A stretch of 61,534 bases of DNA, filler included. It is 5 parts of 5 records of this genome, joined end to end, with 100 filler letters (N's around TTAATTAATTAA, not from the genome) between each part and the next. Parts side by side here need not be neighbours in the genome. Positions count along the whole stretch, not along the records: positions 1 to 30,133 come from DRR723986_5524; 4 more parts are not named here. The stretch is one strand, 5' to 3'. The notes below the pieces were generated by a model that saw nothing but the letters and a program-made list of their open reading frames with translations, ran no database searches and was not told the DNA's origin. The position numbers and the translations under genes were made by a program. Shown here piece by piece: positions 21,051-30,233 of the stretch (positions are counted from its first letter, which is position 1; every line of letters begins with the position of its first letter).

Positions 21051-21983
21051 ATGCCTGAGGACGATCAGGGCCCCGCGACGGGCGGCAGCCGCCCTCAAGA
21101 GCATGACCTGAAGATCAGGGTCGTCTACAATCCCCGCACAGGCCGCAAGCGCGAGAAGCGTTTCAAGGCGGTAATGGCGCTGCTTGAGGCACGCGGTCAC
21201 ACGTGCGAAATCCTGATCACGACGAAGGCGGGCGATGCCGCCGGTTTCGTTCGGGAAACCACATCAGACAACGCCGATATCCTCGCAATCGCGGGCGGCG
21301 ATGGCACGATCAACGATGCAATCCAGGGTGCCGGCCCGCAGACGCCGCCCTTGGGGCTCATACCGCTCGGCACGGCGAATGTGCTGGCGCACGAGCTCGG
21401 CATCGGCACGGATCCACACCGGATCGCGAACTGCCTTGCGGAAGCGCGCATCCTTAAGATCCGGCCAGGCCAGGTCAACGGGCACCGCTTCATGATGATG
21501 GCCGGCATCGGGCTGGACGCCCAGGTGGTTTCGGATCTCAGCCGCGCCACCAAGACCCGCTTCGGCAAGGCCGCCTATCTGATCGAAGTTTTCCGGACAC
21601 TGCGGCGATGGTCCTGCCCGCCGGTGGACGTCCGGCTGGACGGTGAGCCTGAAAAGGCAGCGACACTGATCGTCAGCCGTGGCAAACGGTATGGCGGGAC
21701 ATTTGTCCTCGCACCGAATTGCGACCTCGCCAACCCGTCTTTTTGCGCAACGATATTTCCTTCAGGCAGCGCTCTGTCTGTCTTCGAACGTTTTCTGCTG
21801 ATACCGGCAGGCCTGCTCCTGCGGCTTGGTCTCGTTGCCCAACGGCCGGCCAGAACAGTCGAAATCCTGGGCCCCCTGGGCGACCCGATACAGGCGGACG
21901 GCGATATCGTCGCGCATGCCCCTGCGCAGATCTCGGTTTGCGAGCAGCCGATACGCCTGTGCGTCCCGATGTCCCGGCGATAA
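21051..21983 (+). CDS. Diacylglycerol/sphingosine kinase family lipid kinase (YegS/DAGK_cat)
   Basis: YNPRTG, AGGDGTIND, PLGTANVLA, GIGLDA, QADGD. Confidence 0.92.
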   Translation: MPEDDQGPATGGSRPQEHDLKIRVVYNPRTGRKREKRFKAVMALLEARGHTCEILITTKAGDAAGFVRETTSDNADILAIAGGDGTINDAIQGAGPQTPPLGLIPLGTANVLAHELGIGTDPHRIANCLAEARILKIRPGQVNGHRFMMMAGIGLDAQVVSDLSRATKTRFGKAAYLIEVFRTLRRWSCPPVDVRLDGEPEKAATLIVSRGKRYGGTFVLAPNCDLANPSFCATIFPSGSALSVFERFLLIPAGLLLRLGLVAQRPARTVEILGPLGDPIQADGDIVAHAPAQISVCEQPIRLCVPMSRR

Positions 21984-21998
21984 CACGAGCCTTTAAGA

Positions 21999-23165
21999 TC
22001 AATCTTCGCTTTCCAACCCGGCAAGATGGGCCAGCCGGCGGCATGCGCTCATCCAGTCGAAGTCTTCGCGCGCGGCAATGGGCGGCTCCGGTACAGTCGT
22101 CAACGCATACTCCAGCGCCTCGAGAGCCCCTTCCAGCTCGGTGTAGAAATGGGCGTTGGGATAGGCCTTATAGGGAAGGTTGCCCGGACAGTTCGGCAGG
22201 ACGACATGCCGGCCGGCAACCAGCGCATCGGCGGTTGCCGTGCACAGGATTTCGCTGCGCGAAGGGTTCACCATGACCCGGTATCGTCCGATATCGGACC
22301 AGAACCGCCGGTTCGGTCCGAAGAACCGTAAATCCGCACCTTCCTCTCGTGCGAAGGTGCGAAACTCTGCTTCATCGCGCCCTCCGCCAATGACATCGAT
22401 GGGCCGTTTTGCACGGGCAGCGATGCGGGCGAGGTCGTCCAGGCCTTTCTCCCAGAGGAAAGCCCCGAGAAAATAGATCCCTTCGGTTTCCTGCGTAACG
22501 AGAGGCACCTGCGCGTAACCGGGCATGACACCGGTCACCCGTTCCACAGGCATTGTGATGCCCGGCAGGGTGAGGGCGGGCGACAGGCTGAGGGGCAGAT
22601 CGATGCGCAGGCGCAGGGCGCGGCCGTGCAGATAAGATACCAGCCGGGCGAGGCTGTTTGGAAACGGCAGCCCGGACATGCGGATGTAGGTTTCATAATC
22701 CGTCATGCTGAGGCCGATCGTCTTGTCCGCCCGGATGCCCCTGCGCCCGGTCGTTACCGGATACCAGCACAGATGCTCCGGCTCGCTCGCGATAAGGCAC
22801 CGGGCCGGCGGCGCGGCGCGGTAGACGTCTTCCATCGGCACGATCGACCCCATGCCTGCCACAAACCTTGCCCGATAAGGCCGGCATTCCGGAAATTTGT
22901 AGGGTCCGAAGGCTTCAAGTTCCGTCTGGAGCCAGTCGACCTGCTCGTCAAAATCGACGAAACGGGTCTCGCCCCACAGCCGTTGTTGTGAAACCTCATC
23001 CAGCCAGGGAAGAACATAGACAACCCGATAGCCAAGCGTTGCCAACCCGCAGGCGTGCCACAGCGAGATGAAGGATGGTCCGGTCATCCACGGCAGAGCG
23101 GCACTCGTCAGAACCGCAAAGTCATGGATCTCTTGACCTTTGGTACGTTCGCCAGACAGGGGCAC
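21999..23165 (-). CDS. Plant/algal-type digalactosyldiacylglycerol synthase (DGD1/DGD2-like GT4)
   Basis: TSAALPWMTG, VLPWL, EPEHLCWY, TDYETY, GIYFLG..LWEKG, YRVMVNPSRSEILCTATADAL, FDWMSA.RRL; GTG start with GGAGA RBS. Confidence 0.82.
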   Translation of the reverse strand: MPLSGERTKGQEIHDFAVLTSAALPWMTGPSFISLWHACGLATLGYRVVYVLPWLDEVSQQRLWGETRFVDFDEQVDWLQTELEAFGPYKFPECRPYRARFVAGMGSIVPMEDVYRAAPPARCLIASEPEHLCWYPVTTGRRGIRADKTIGLSMTDYETYIRMSGLPFPNSLARLVSYLHGRALRLRIDLPLSLSPALTLPGITMPVERVTGVMPGYAQVPLVTQETEGIYFLGAFLWEKGLDDLARIAARAKRPIDVIGGGRDEAEFRTFAREEGADLRFFGPNRRFWSDIGRYRVMVNPSRSEILCTATADALVAGRHVVLPNCPGNLPYKAYPNAHFYTELEGALEALEYALTTVPEPPIAAREDFDWMSACRRLAHLAGLESED

Positions 23166-23414
23166 TTGTCTCCAGTTTCAACAGCCAGAACCACGGGCAA
23201 CGATCAGCCAGCGCCCTGAAGCGAGGGAGGCGGCAGGCTGGCGCGAGACACCAGAACACATGATTCTCCGCCCGAGACAATCCACCATCGCAGGTCACGA
23301 AAGCCAGACAGGCCAGAACGCTAACGCCCGTTTCGACCTGTATTTTCCACAAGACGCCTGGCACGCCAAATGGTGAGGCCTTGTCACAAACGCGCGAATG
23401 AGGCCGTCTAAGAC

Positions 23415-23438
23415 GAAAGTCACCCGCTCGTGACTTTC
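23415..23438. promoter_or_regulatory. Perfect 9-bp inverted repeat in divergent promoter region
   Basis: gaaagtcac-N6-gtgactttc. Confidence 0.45.
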
Positions 23439-23492
23439 GGTTGAGTGCTCCATTGCATATTTTAGGGGCAATCGAACAAGGAATTGAGCCAA

Positions 23493-24266
23493 ATGGTGGG
23501 ATCGTTTTCCCGGAAGGCCGGCAAGGCCCTCCGCACCGCGCTTATTGTAACCGGCGGAATAGTTGCCCTGGCCGCGCCAATCAACGGCGCGCAGGCGCAA
23601 CCCGAAAAAGTCATCGAACTGTTTACCAGCCAGGGCTGCTCCTCGTGCCCGCCGGCCGATCGGCTGGCGGAAAAGCTGGTGCAGGAAGATAACAACGTCC
23701 TGACCATGGTGATGCCCGTCGACTACTGGGATTATCTCGGCTGGAAGGACACGCTGGCAAGTCCCGTCAACTCGCAGCGTCAGCGGGCCTATGCCGCGCG
23801 GCGCGGCGACCGGTCAGTCTACACCCCGCAAATGGTGATCAACGGCGAGGAACACGTCGTCGGCAGCCGCGAAGGCGATGTAAGGGCCGCGCTGGCACGT
23901 ACCGACCCCTTTACCGCGACAATCGACCTGAAGATTACCGACATGGTCGTCCAGGCAACGGTGAATGGCTCCCTGCCCAAGGGCTTCAACATGGCGACCG
24001 TCTATTTCCTGCGCATGCAGGATGAAGCCCTCGTTGATATCGGCCGTGGCGAAAACGCGGGCCGCAAGGTGCGTTACGTCAACGTGGTGCGCAATCTGCA
24101 GCCGATGGGGATGTGGTCCGGCGGCCAGGAGACATTCCGCATGCCGAAGTCCAAACTGATGCTGAAAGGCGACGCCCGCTGCGCAGTTGTCGTGCAGCTT
24201 GAAAATCCCGACGGGCCCGGCCGGATCATTGGCGCGGCAACCATGAACAAGAGCGGCGGTCTGTGA
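23493..24266 (+). CDS. DUF1223 thioredoxin-like secreted protein
   Basis: ELFTSQGCSSCPPAD, VDYWDYLGWKD, VYTPQMVING. Confidence 0.93.
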   Translation: MVGSFSRKAGKALRTALIVTGGIVALAAPINGAQAQPEKVIELFTSQGCSSCPPADRLAEKLVQEDNNVLTMVMPVDYWDYLGWKDTLASPVNSQRQRAYAARRGDRSVYTPQMVINGEEHVVGSREGDVRAALARTDPFTATIDLKITDMVVQATVNGSLPKGFNMATVYFLRMQDEALVDIGRGENAGRKVRYVNVVRNLQPMGMWSGGQETFRMPKSKLMLKGDARCAVVVQLENPDGPGRIIGAATMNKSGGL

Positions 24267-24488
24267 ACCGCCGCTGTGGTGTGGCCAAATATCAATTCCC
24301 TCTGAAAAACGAACCCGCCGGCTTCAAAGTCGGGTTGTAACCCCTGAGAAAACTGCTACCCCTTGCCCCGTTCGGCCGCCCGTTGAACCGTGAACGCCTT
24401 GTTGGCGCACGGCTTGCAAGACCCAGTGGCCGGTCAGGTTCTCTGCTTTGCCGGCGCCTGGTGAAGCAAATCGGTCCTGGGGGAACGC

Positions 24489-25382
24489 ATGAAGTTGAAG
24501 CGCAGGCTTCAGATAGCCTTATTGAGCATCGTTTTCGGTGTGATCGTTCTGGGTCTCAAGATCGGCGCCTACCTGCTGACCGGCTCCATAGCGCTTTATT
24601 CCGACGCGTTGGAAACGACGGTCAATATCGCGTCCGCCATCGCAACGCTTGCAGCCGTCTGGTTCGCCGCCAAACCCGCCGACAGCAACCACCCCTACGG
24701 CCACGACAAGGTTGAGTATTTCGCGGCGGTTCTCGTCGGCGTTATGATTGTGCTTGCCGCCCTGTCGATTTTCCGCGCGGCGTGGCTCGGCTTCATCAGT
24801 GGCGACAGTCCGGAATATTCGCCAGCCGGTATCGGCATGAACCTGCTTGCCGCCGTCATCAACGGCGCCTGGGCGCGTTACCTGATGAAATATGGCAAAC
24901 ACGCAAGATCACCTGCGCTTGTTGCGGACGGCAAGCACCTGATGACCGATGTGGTCAGCTCCGTCGGGGTTCTGGGCGGTGTTGTGCTGGTGATGCTCAC
25001 CGGCTGGAAAGTCATGGATCCCGCGCTTGCGGTTCTTGTCGGCCTCACCGTTCTCTGGTCCGGCTGGGGCCTCGTCAAGGAATCTGTCGGCGGACTGATG
25101 GACGAAGCTGCCTCGCACGACACATTGGACAAGATCCGTGTTCTGATTTCCGAACATGGCGAAGGCGCCCTGGAGGCACACGACCTGCGCACTCGCATTG
25201 CCGGCAAATCCACCTTCATCGATTTTCACCTGGTGGTGCCGGGCGAAATGTCCGTCGACAAGGCACATGAGATCTGCGACCGGATCGAGATTGCCATTGT
25301 CGAAGATGTCCCCGGAGCCCGGATCACCATTCACGTCGAACCGGAACACAAGGCCAAGCATTCCGGCATTGTGGTGCTCTAG
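24489..25382 (+). CDS. Cation diffusion facilitator family transporter
   Basis: GSIALYSDALE, HPYGHDKVEY, ADGKHLMTD, HDLRTR, IHVEP. Confidence 0.94.
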   Translation: MKLKRRLQIALLSIVFGVIVLGLKIGAYLLTGSIALYSDALETTVNIASAIATLAAVWFAAKPADSNHPYGHDKVEYFAAVLVGVMIVLAALSIFRAAWLGFISGDSPEYSPAGIGMNLLAAVINGAWARYLMKYGKHARSPALVADGKHLMTDVVSSVGVLGGVVLVMLTGWKVMDPALAVLVGLTVLWSGWGLVKESVGGLMDEAASHDTLDKIRVLISEHGEGALEAHDLRTRIAGKSTFIDFHLVVPGEMSVDKAHEICDRIEIAIVEDVPGARITIHVEPEHKAKHSGIVVL

Positions 25383-25406
25383 GGGGTGGCCCCGAACCCT
25401 CTGGTC

Positions 25407-25892
25407 TTAAAAATAGTAGGGATAACCGCGCATGAGCGAGGCGTTGTTATACTCGAAGACACCGGAGGTCTGGTCGCCCAGCCCACCGCAAACCCGCTTG
25501 CCACCACCGATGGCGCGGCAGAGATGCCGAAGCAGGTGCCCGCCGGCGCGCCCCTCCGCGATCGAACAGGCATTGAGGGAAAGGACGCCGCCAGGGCGGA
25601 TATACTGGCCCAGCGTTCTCCAGAAGTTCTCCATCCCGGAACTGTGCGACACCATCCCGACCGGACTGGCCGCCGTGAATCCGCCTACGCAGTCTGCATC
25701 CAGAAGGGTCACCTGACCGGGAACGCCGCTGTGAAAGACCAGCTCGACCACGCCGAAGCCACCCGATGGCGCGTTTTGAACCAGATGACCCAGAATTTCA
25801 TCGGTCGAGGAATAGCTGTAACCGGAATGCGCGGCCATATAGCCCCGCGTCAAAAAATCAAGCTCACCATTATAAAGAAGTATCCGTGTCAT
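25407..25892 (-). CDS. Hypothetical protein, DUF4347-like (caspase-hemoglobinase fold)
   Basis: ELVFHSG and LSLNACSIAEG..G..LL pattern. Confidence 0.55.
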   Translation of the reverse strand: MTRILLYNGELDFLTRGYMAAHSGYSYSSTDEILGHLVQNAPSGGFGVVELVFHSGVPGQVTLLDADCVGGFTAASPVGMVSHSSGMENFWRTLGQYIRPGGVLSLNACSIAEGRAGGHLLRHLCRAIGGGKRVCGGLGDQTSGVFEYNNASLMRGYPYYF

Positions 25893-26339
25893 ATCGCGCC
25901 CCCCGGCACCAAATGTGCAACATGGCTTTCAGGATGAAGAAAGTCTCGTAATACCGCGAAATATTGCCTGAAGAACTGCTCCCTGTCACTCAAGGGACAG
26001 GATCGGGTTAAAAACTACTTCCAGAACGGCCACTCCTAAAATGGCAGCACTTTCGGAACGCTACGTTATCGGACGAGGTCTTTTCCGGCCCGGCCAACCA
26101 GCCTGTCTCCCGCCGGCGGCATCTGCAGGCAGACCGAATTGCGTCTTGCCCTCGCCCGTCACAATCCATAATACTCTGCACCCGGCGATCCTCGCCGCCG
26201 TCTCACCGACGGGTCTGAACCGGGCATTTGCTCACTGCGGAACTGTCTTGGCGCCTGCCCCGGCAACGTCGAGATTTCACCGCTCCGTCCCCGCAGCACG
26301 CCCCGGTTACTTCGGAACGATTTGAGGAACCAGTCTCAT

Positions 26340-27164
26340 ATGCCCAACTGGCGGCGCTGGCAGGCCCAGCTTGTTGATCATCTGATCCTGATTGGCGGTG
26401 CCCTTCTGATGACACTACCGGTCTATTCGATCTTCGCTGCGACCACCCATGAAGGCGGAAGGGTCCGGCCACGGCTCGACCTTGGCGGCAGCACGCTGGA
26501 AAACTACGGACACTTTCTGCAGACCGGCGCGGGCTTTTCCGGTGACGTCACAGCATTGTCGATGATGTGGAATTCCTTCCTGCTGGGCGCTGGATTTGCG
26601 ACCCTGAAGGTCGTTCTGTCCCTCATGACAGCCTATGCGCTGATCTATTTTCGGGTCCGCTTTGCCAGCGCCATCTTCGCCGTGCTTCTGCTGACCCTGT
26701 TGTTGCCTCTGGAATCCCGGTTCCTGCCGACCTATGCCGTGACCGTCGAACTTGGCCTCGTCAACACGCGTGCGGGCCTCATCCTGCCGCTGGTCGCCTC
26801 CGGCCTTGGGACGCTGTTCTTCCGCCAGTTCCTGATGACGGTTCCGGATGCGCTGCTGGAATCGGCCAGGATCGACGGCGCTGGTCCGCTGAAGTTCTTC
26901 AAGGACATTCTGGTTCCCCTGTCGCTGCCGACAGCAGCCGCGCTGTTCCTGGTCATGTTTGTCAACGGCTGGAACCAGTATCTGTGGCCGGTAATGGTCA
27001 CCTCGGAGGAAAGCACCTACACCTTGGTGCGCGGCATGCAGTTTTTCGGCAATTCCAGCCTGCGCGGACTGATGCTGGCGGTACTCGCGTTCGTGCCTCC
27101 GGCCCTGCTTGTCATATTGTTTCAACGACAAGTCGTTAAAGGCCTGTTCGACGGCTCACACTGA
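26340..27164 (+). CDS. Carbohydrate/glycerol-3-phosphate ABC permease (UgpE-like), orphan
   Basis: TLLLPLESRFLPTY, FFRQF, ESARIDGAG (EAA loop), WNQYLWP; ATG with GAGGA RBS. Confidence 0.88.
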   Translation: MPNWRRWQAQLVDHLILIGGALLMTLPVYSIFAATTHEGGRVRPRLDLGGSTLENYGHFLQTGAGFSGDVTALSMMWNSFLLGAGFATLKVVLSLMTAYALIYFRVRFASAIFAVLLLTLLLPLESRFLPTYAVTVELGLVNTRAGLILPLVASGLGTLFFRQFLMTVPDALLESARIDGAGPLKFFKDILVPLSLPTAAALFLVMFVNGWNQYLWPVMVTSEESTYTLVRGMQFFGNSSLRGLMLAVLAFVPPALLVILFQRQVVKGLFDGSH

Positions 27165-27234
27165 CGACATCCGGCATTGAAACCGGCGGTCCCTGCCCCA
27201 ATTTTTCCAGAACGACCCGAAAGGCACCTCATCC

Positions 27235-27918
27235 ATGGCATTTGAAGCGATCCTGTTCGACTGTGACGGCGTTCTGGTGGATTCGGAAATCATCTATGTC
27301 GATGTCGAACGCGAACATCTGGCCCGGATCGGCCTGAAGTACGAGCTTCATGAGTATATGGACCGGTTCCAGGGCCTGGGCAGTACGGATTTCTGGGCGG
27401 CGCTCGACGCGGATTACCAGACCCTTGGCAAGGGACCGCTGCCTGAAACATTCGGACCGGATCTGGACGCTGCCACCCAGGCGCGGATCGACCGCGAACT
27501 GGCGGAAATCAAGGGCATCAAACAGCTGCTGGCAGCCCATGACGGCCCACGTGCCGTCGCCTCCTCCTCCCGCCTGCACCGGCTGACCCACAAGCTGCAG
27601 CACACAGGGCTCTTCCCTTATTTCGAGCCGCATATCTATTCAGGCGAGCAGGTAACCAACGGCAAACCCGCGCCCGATCTGTTTTTGTTCGCGGCGGATA
27701 AGCTGGGTGTGGACTCGAAAGCCGCGCTTGTCGTGGAAGACAGTGTCAACGGCGTGAAGGCGGGCCTTGCCGCCGGCATGACGGTTTGGGGTTTTGTCGG
27801 CGGCGGTCATTGTCACGATGGCCACGCGGAACAGCTGCTTGGCGCCGGTGCACATCGGGTTGTCGACAGCCATGACAACCTGGCCGCTCTGCTGATCAGT
27901 GAAAGCACAGCAGCCTGA
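27235..27918 (+). CDS. HAD-IA family hydrolase
   Basis: FDCDGVLVDSE, KPAPDLF, VVEDSVNG. Confidence 0.93.
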   Translation: MAFEAILFDCDGVLVDSEIIYVDVEREHLARIGLKYELHEYMDRFQGLGSTDFWAALDADYQTLGKGPLPETFGPDLDAATQARIDRELAEIKGIKQLLAAHDGPRAVASSSRLHRLTHKLQHTGLFPYFEPHIYSGEQVTNGKPAPDLFLFAADKLGVDSKAALVVEDSVNGVKAGLAAGMTVWGFVGGGHCHDGHAEQLLGAGAHRVVDSHDNLAALLISESTAA

Positions 27919-28006
27919 GGCTGTTTTGGGTCGATGCAAAAATCTGACAGAACCCGAATACTCCTGAGAGGTCCGCGCGCCGCTACCCGGCGCGCGGCAG
28001 GCCGTT

Positions 28007-29227
28007 CTAGCGCCCGAGATCGTGTTCCGGATTTGCGCTGATCTTGTGGATCGAAAGATCCGCTCCGCGGTGCTCGTCTTCCTGAGACAGCCTCAGACCC
28101 ATCGTCGCTTTCAGGATACCGTAGACGGCAAGACCCGCCCCAAGGGCGTAGACCGCCCCCAGAACCGTACCGATAACCTGCGAAACGGGAGACACACCGC
28201 CAAGGCCGCCCAGAGCCTCGAGCCCGAAGAAACCAGCGGCGATACCACCCCACGCTCCGCAGATGCCATGCAGCGGCCAGACACCCAGAACGTCGTCGAT
28301 TTTCAGCTTGTTCTGGCAGATCTCGAAACCGATTACGAAGACGCCGCCGGCGACACCCCCGACAATCAGGCTGCCGATCGGGTGCATGACGTCCGAACCG
28401 GCACAGACGGCAACGAGGCCGGCCAGCGCACCGTTGTGCACGAAGCCCGGATCATTCCGGCCGACGACCAGCGCCACAAGAATGCCGCCAACCATGGCCA
28501 TCAACGAGTTGATCGCCACAAGACCGGAAATGCTCTCAAGTGAGGCAGCCGTCATCACGTTGAAACCGAACCAGCCGACACAAAGCATCCAGGATCCCAT
28601 GGCGAGCCAGGGCAGCGATGAGGGCGGAATACCGATGGGACGGCCGTTGCGGTCGTAACGGCCCATGCGGGCACCCAGCAGCAGAACGGCGCCGAGCGCG
28701 ATCCAGCCGCCGACCGCATGCACCACCACAGAGCCTGCAAAGTCATGGAACGGCGCGCCGAAGGTTGCTTCCAGCCAGCCCTGGAATCCGAAATTGCCGT
28801 TCCAGACCAGACCTTCGAACAACGGATAGACGATGCCGACCAGCGCAACGGTGGCCAGGCATTGCGGCCAGAACTTCATGCGTTCCGCGATGCCACCGGA
28901 GATGATCGCCGGAATTGCGGCGGCAAATGTTGTGAGGAAGAAGAACTTCACCAGGCTCAGACCCTGAAGTTCGAAGCCTTCACCACCACCTGACAAGGTC
29001 GCCGCGTTCACCAGGAACGTGGTGCCGTAGGCAACCGCATATCCGACGAAGAAATACGCCACTGTCGACAGGGCAAAGTCGACAAGGATTTTTACCAGCG
29101 CGTTGACCTGGTTCTTTTGTCGGACGGTGCCGACTTCCAGAAAAGCGAAGCCGCCGTGCATGGCGAAAACGAGAATAGCTCCCACAAGGACGAAAAAGAC
29201 GTCCGCCCCGACCCCGGTTTCATTCAT
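28007..29227 (-). CDS. amt: Ammonium transporter (Amt family, second paralog)
   Basis: MHGGFAFLEVG, DFAGSVVVH, GWFGFN, IDDVLGVWPLHG. Confidence 0.93.
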   Translation of the reverse strand: MNETGVGADVFFVLVGAILVFAMHGGFAFLEVGTVRQKNQVNALVKILVDFALSTVAYFFVGYAVAYGTTFLVNAATLSGGGEGFELQGLSLVKFFFLTTFAAAIPAIISGGIAERMKFWPQCLATVALVGIVYPLFEGLVWNGNFGFQGWLEATFGAPFHDFAGSVVVHAVGGWIALGAVLLLGARMGRYDRNGRPIGIPPSSLPWLAMGSWMLCVGWFGFNVMTAASLESISGLVAINSLMAMVGGILVALVVGRNDPGFVHNGALAGLVAVCAGSDVMHPIGSLIVGGVAGGVFVIGFEICQNKLKIDDVLGVWPLHGICGAWGGIAAGFFGLEALGGLGGVSPVSQVIGTVLGAVYALGAGLAVYGILKATMGLRLSQEDEHRGADLSIHKISANPEHDLGR

Positions 29228-29284
29228 ATTGACCCCCAGATAGGCAATTTGCCGTTTGTTTTTGCGTTTCGGAGCGCACAGCAT

Positions 29285-29299
29285 TCAAACTGCATGCCA
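29285..29299 (-). promoter_or_regulatory. Candidate sigma-54 promoter of amt
   Basis: TGGCATG-CAGT-TTGA on minus strand (-24/-12; GA instead of GC at -12). Confidence 0.55.
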
Positions 29300-29405
29300 A
29301 ACGGGCAAAAGCTCAGAAAAGACCCGGAAATCAGCCGATTTTTTAATCGAAACCTTTGAAGACCCCACCAAAGGGAACGTGGGGATCGATTATTTTGTAA
29401 TCATT

Positions 29406-29422
29406 CGCAAGTTTTTTAGGCA
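29406..29422 (-). promoter_or_regulatory. Candidate NtrC site
   Basis: TGC-CTAAAAAACTT-GCG (TGC-N11-GCR, AT-rich core) about 110 bp upstream of the sigma-54 motif. Confidence 0.45.
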
Positions 29423-29448
29423 AAAACAGAAACTCTGGGCAACCAACC

Positions 29449-29480
29449 AAAAAAAGAGCCCGGGGTTGCCCCCGGGCTTT
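29449..29480 (-). terminator. Terminator after amtB
   Basis: agcccgggg/ccccgggct stem with T run on minus strand. Confidence 0.8.
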
Positions 29481-29535
29481 CCAAGTTTGCGGTCTGAGCC
29501 AATAGACCGCCTGGGAGATTTTTGTCGGCGCCGCC

Positions 29536-30133
29536 TTAGAGGCGGCCGGAGCCGGTTCCGAATTCCGGATAGGCTTCCACACCGATTTCGACCTTGTCGA
29601 GACCAAGGGCCTCTTCTTCCTCGGACACCCGGATACCCATGGTGGCCTTGAGGACGAACCAGATCACCGAGCTTACGACCAGGGTGAACGCACCGATGGA
29701 AACGATACCGATCAGCTGGGTGACGTAGGAAGCGTCGGAGTTGGACAGCGGTACGATGAGCGTGCCCCAGATACCTGCCAGCAGGTGAACCGGGATGGCG
29801 CCAACGACGTCGTCGATTTTCAGCTTGTCGAGCATCGGAACCGCGAAGACCACGATCACGCCACCGACACCGCCGACGAAGACGGAAACCCACACACTCG
29901 GTGCAAGCGGTTCTGCGGTGATGGCAACCAGACCTGCCAGAGCGCCGTTCAGAGCCATGGTCACGTCGACCTTCTTGTAGAGGATCTGGGTGAGAACAAC
30001 CGCGACGACGACACCGGCAGCAGCAGCCATGTTGGTGTTGGCGAAGATGCGGGAAATGTCGGAGACGTCACCGATGGAACCCATGGCAAGCTGGGACGCA
30101 CCGTTGAAGCCGAACCAACCCAGCCACAGGATG
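29536..30133 (-). CDS. amtB: Ammonium transporter AmtB (5' truncated at contig edge)
   Basis: ILWLGWFGFNGAS, NGALAGLVAITA, IDDVVGAIPVH, EEALGLD..E.G..AYPEF. Confidence 0.93.
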
Positions 30134-30233
30134 NNNNNNNNNNNNNNNNNNNNNNNNNNNNNNNNNNNNNNNNNNNNTTAATTAATTAANNNNNNNNNNN
30201 NNNNNNNNNNNNNNNNNNNNNNNNNNNNNNNNN
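30134..30233. other. Artificial contig join (N-run plus TTAATTAATTAA linker)
   Basis: Seen directly. Confidence 0.99.

Noticed and set aside
13335-23400. Mobile-element boundaries or Pho boxes for the lipid island
   Set aside because: No integrase, tRNA, flanking direct repeats or tandem CTGTCAT boxes found by eye; mobility and P-regulation remain unsupported
30178-30189. TTAATTAATTAA palindrome recurring four times
   Set aside because: Artificial all-frame-stop linker inside N gaps
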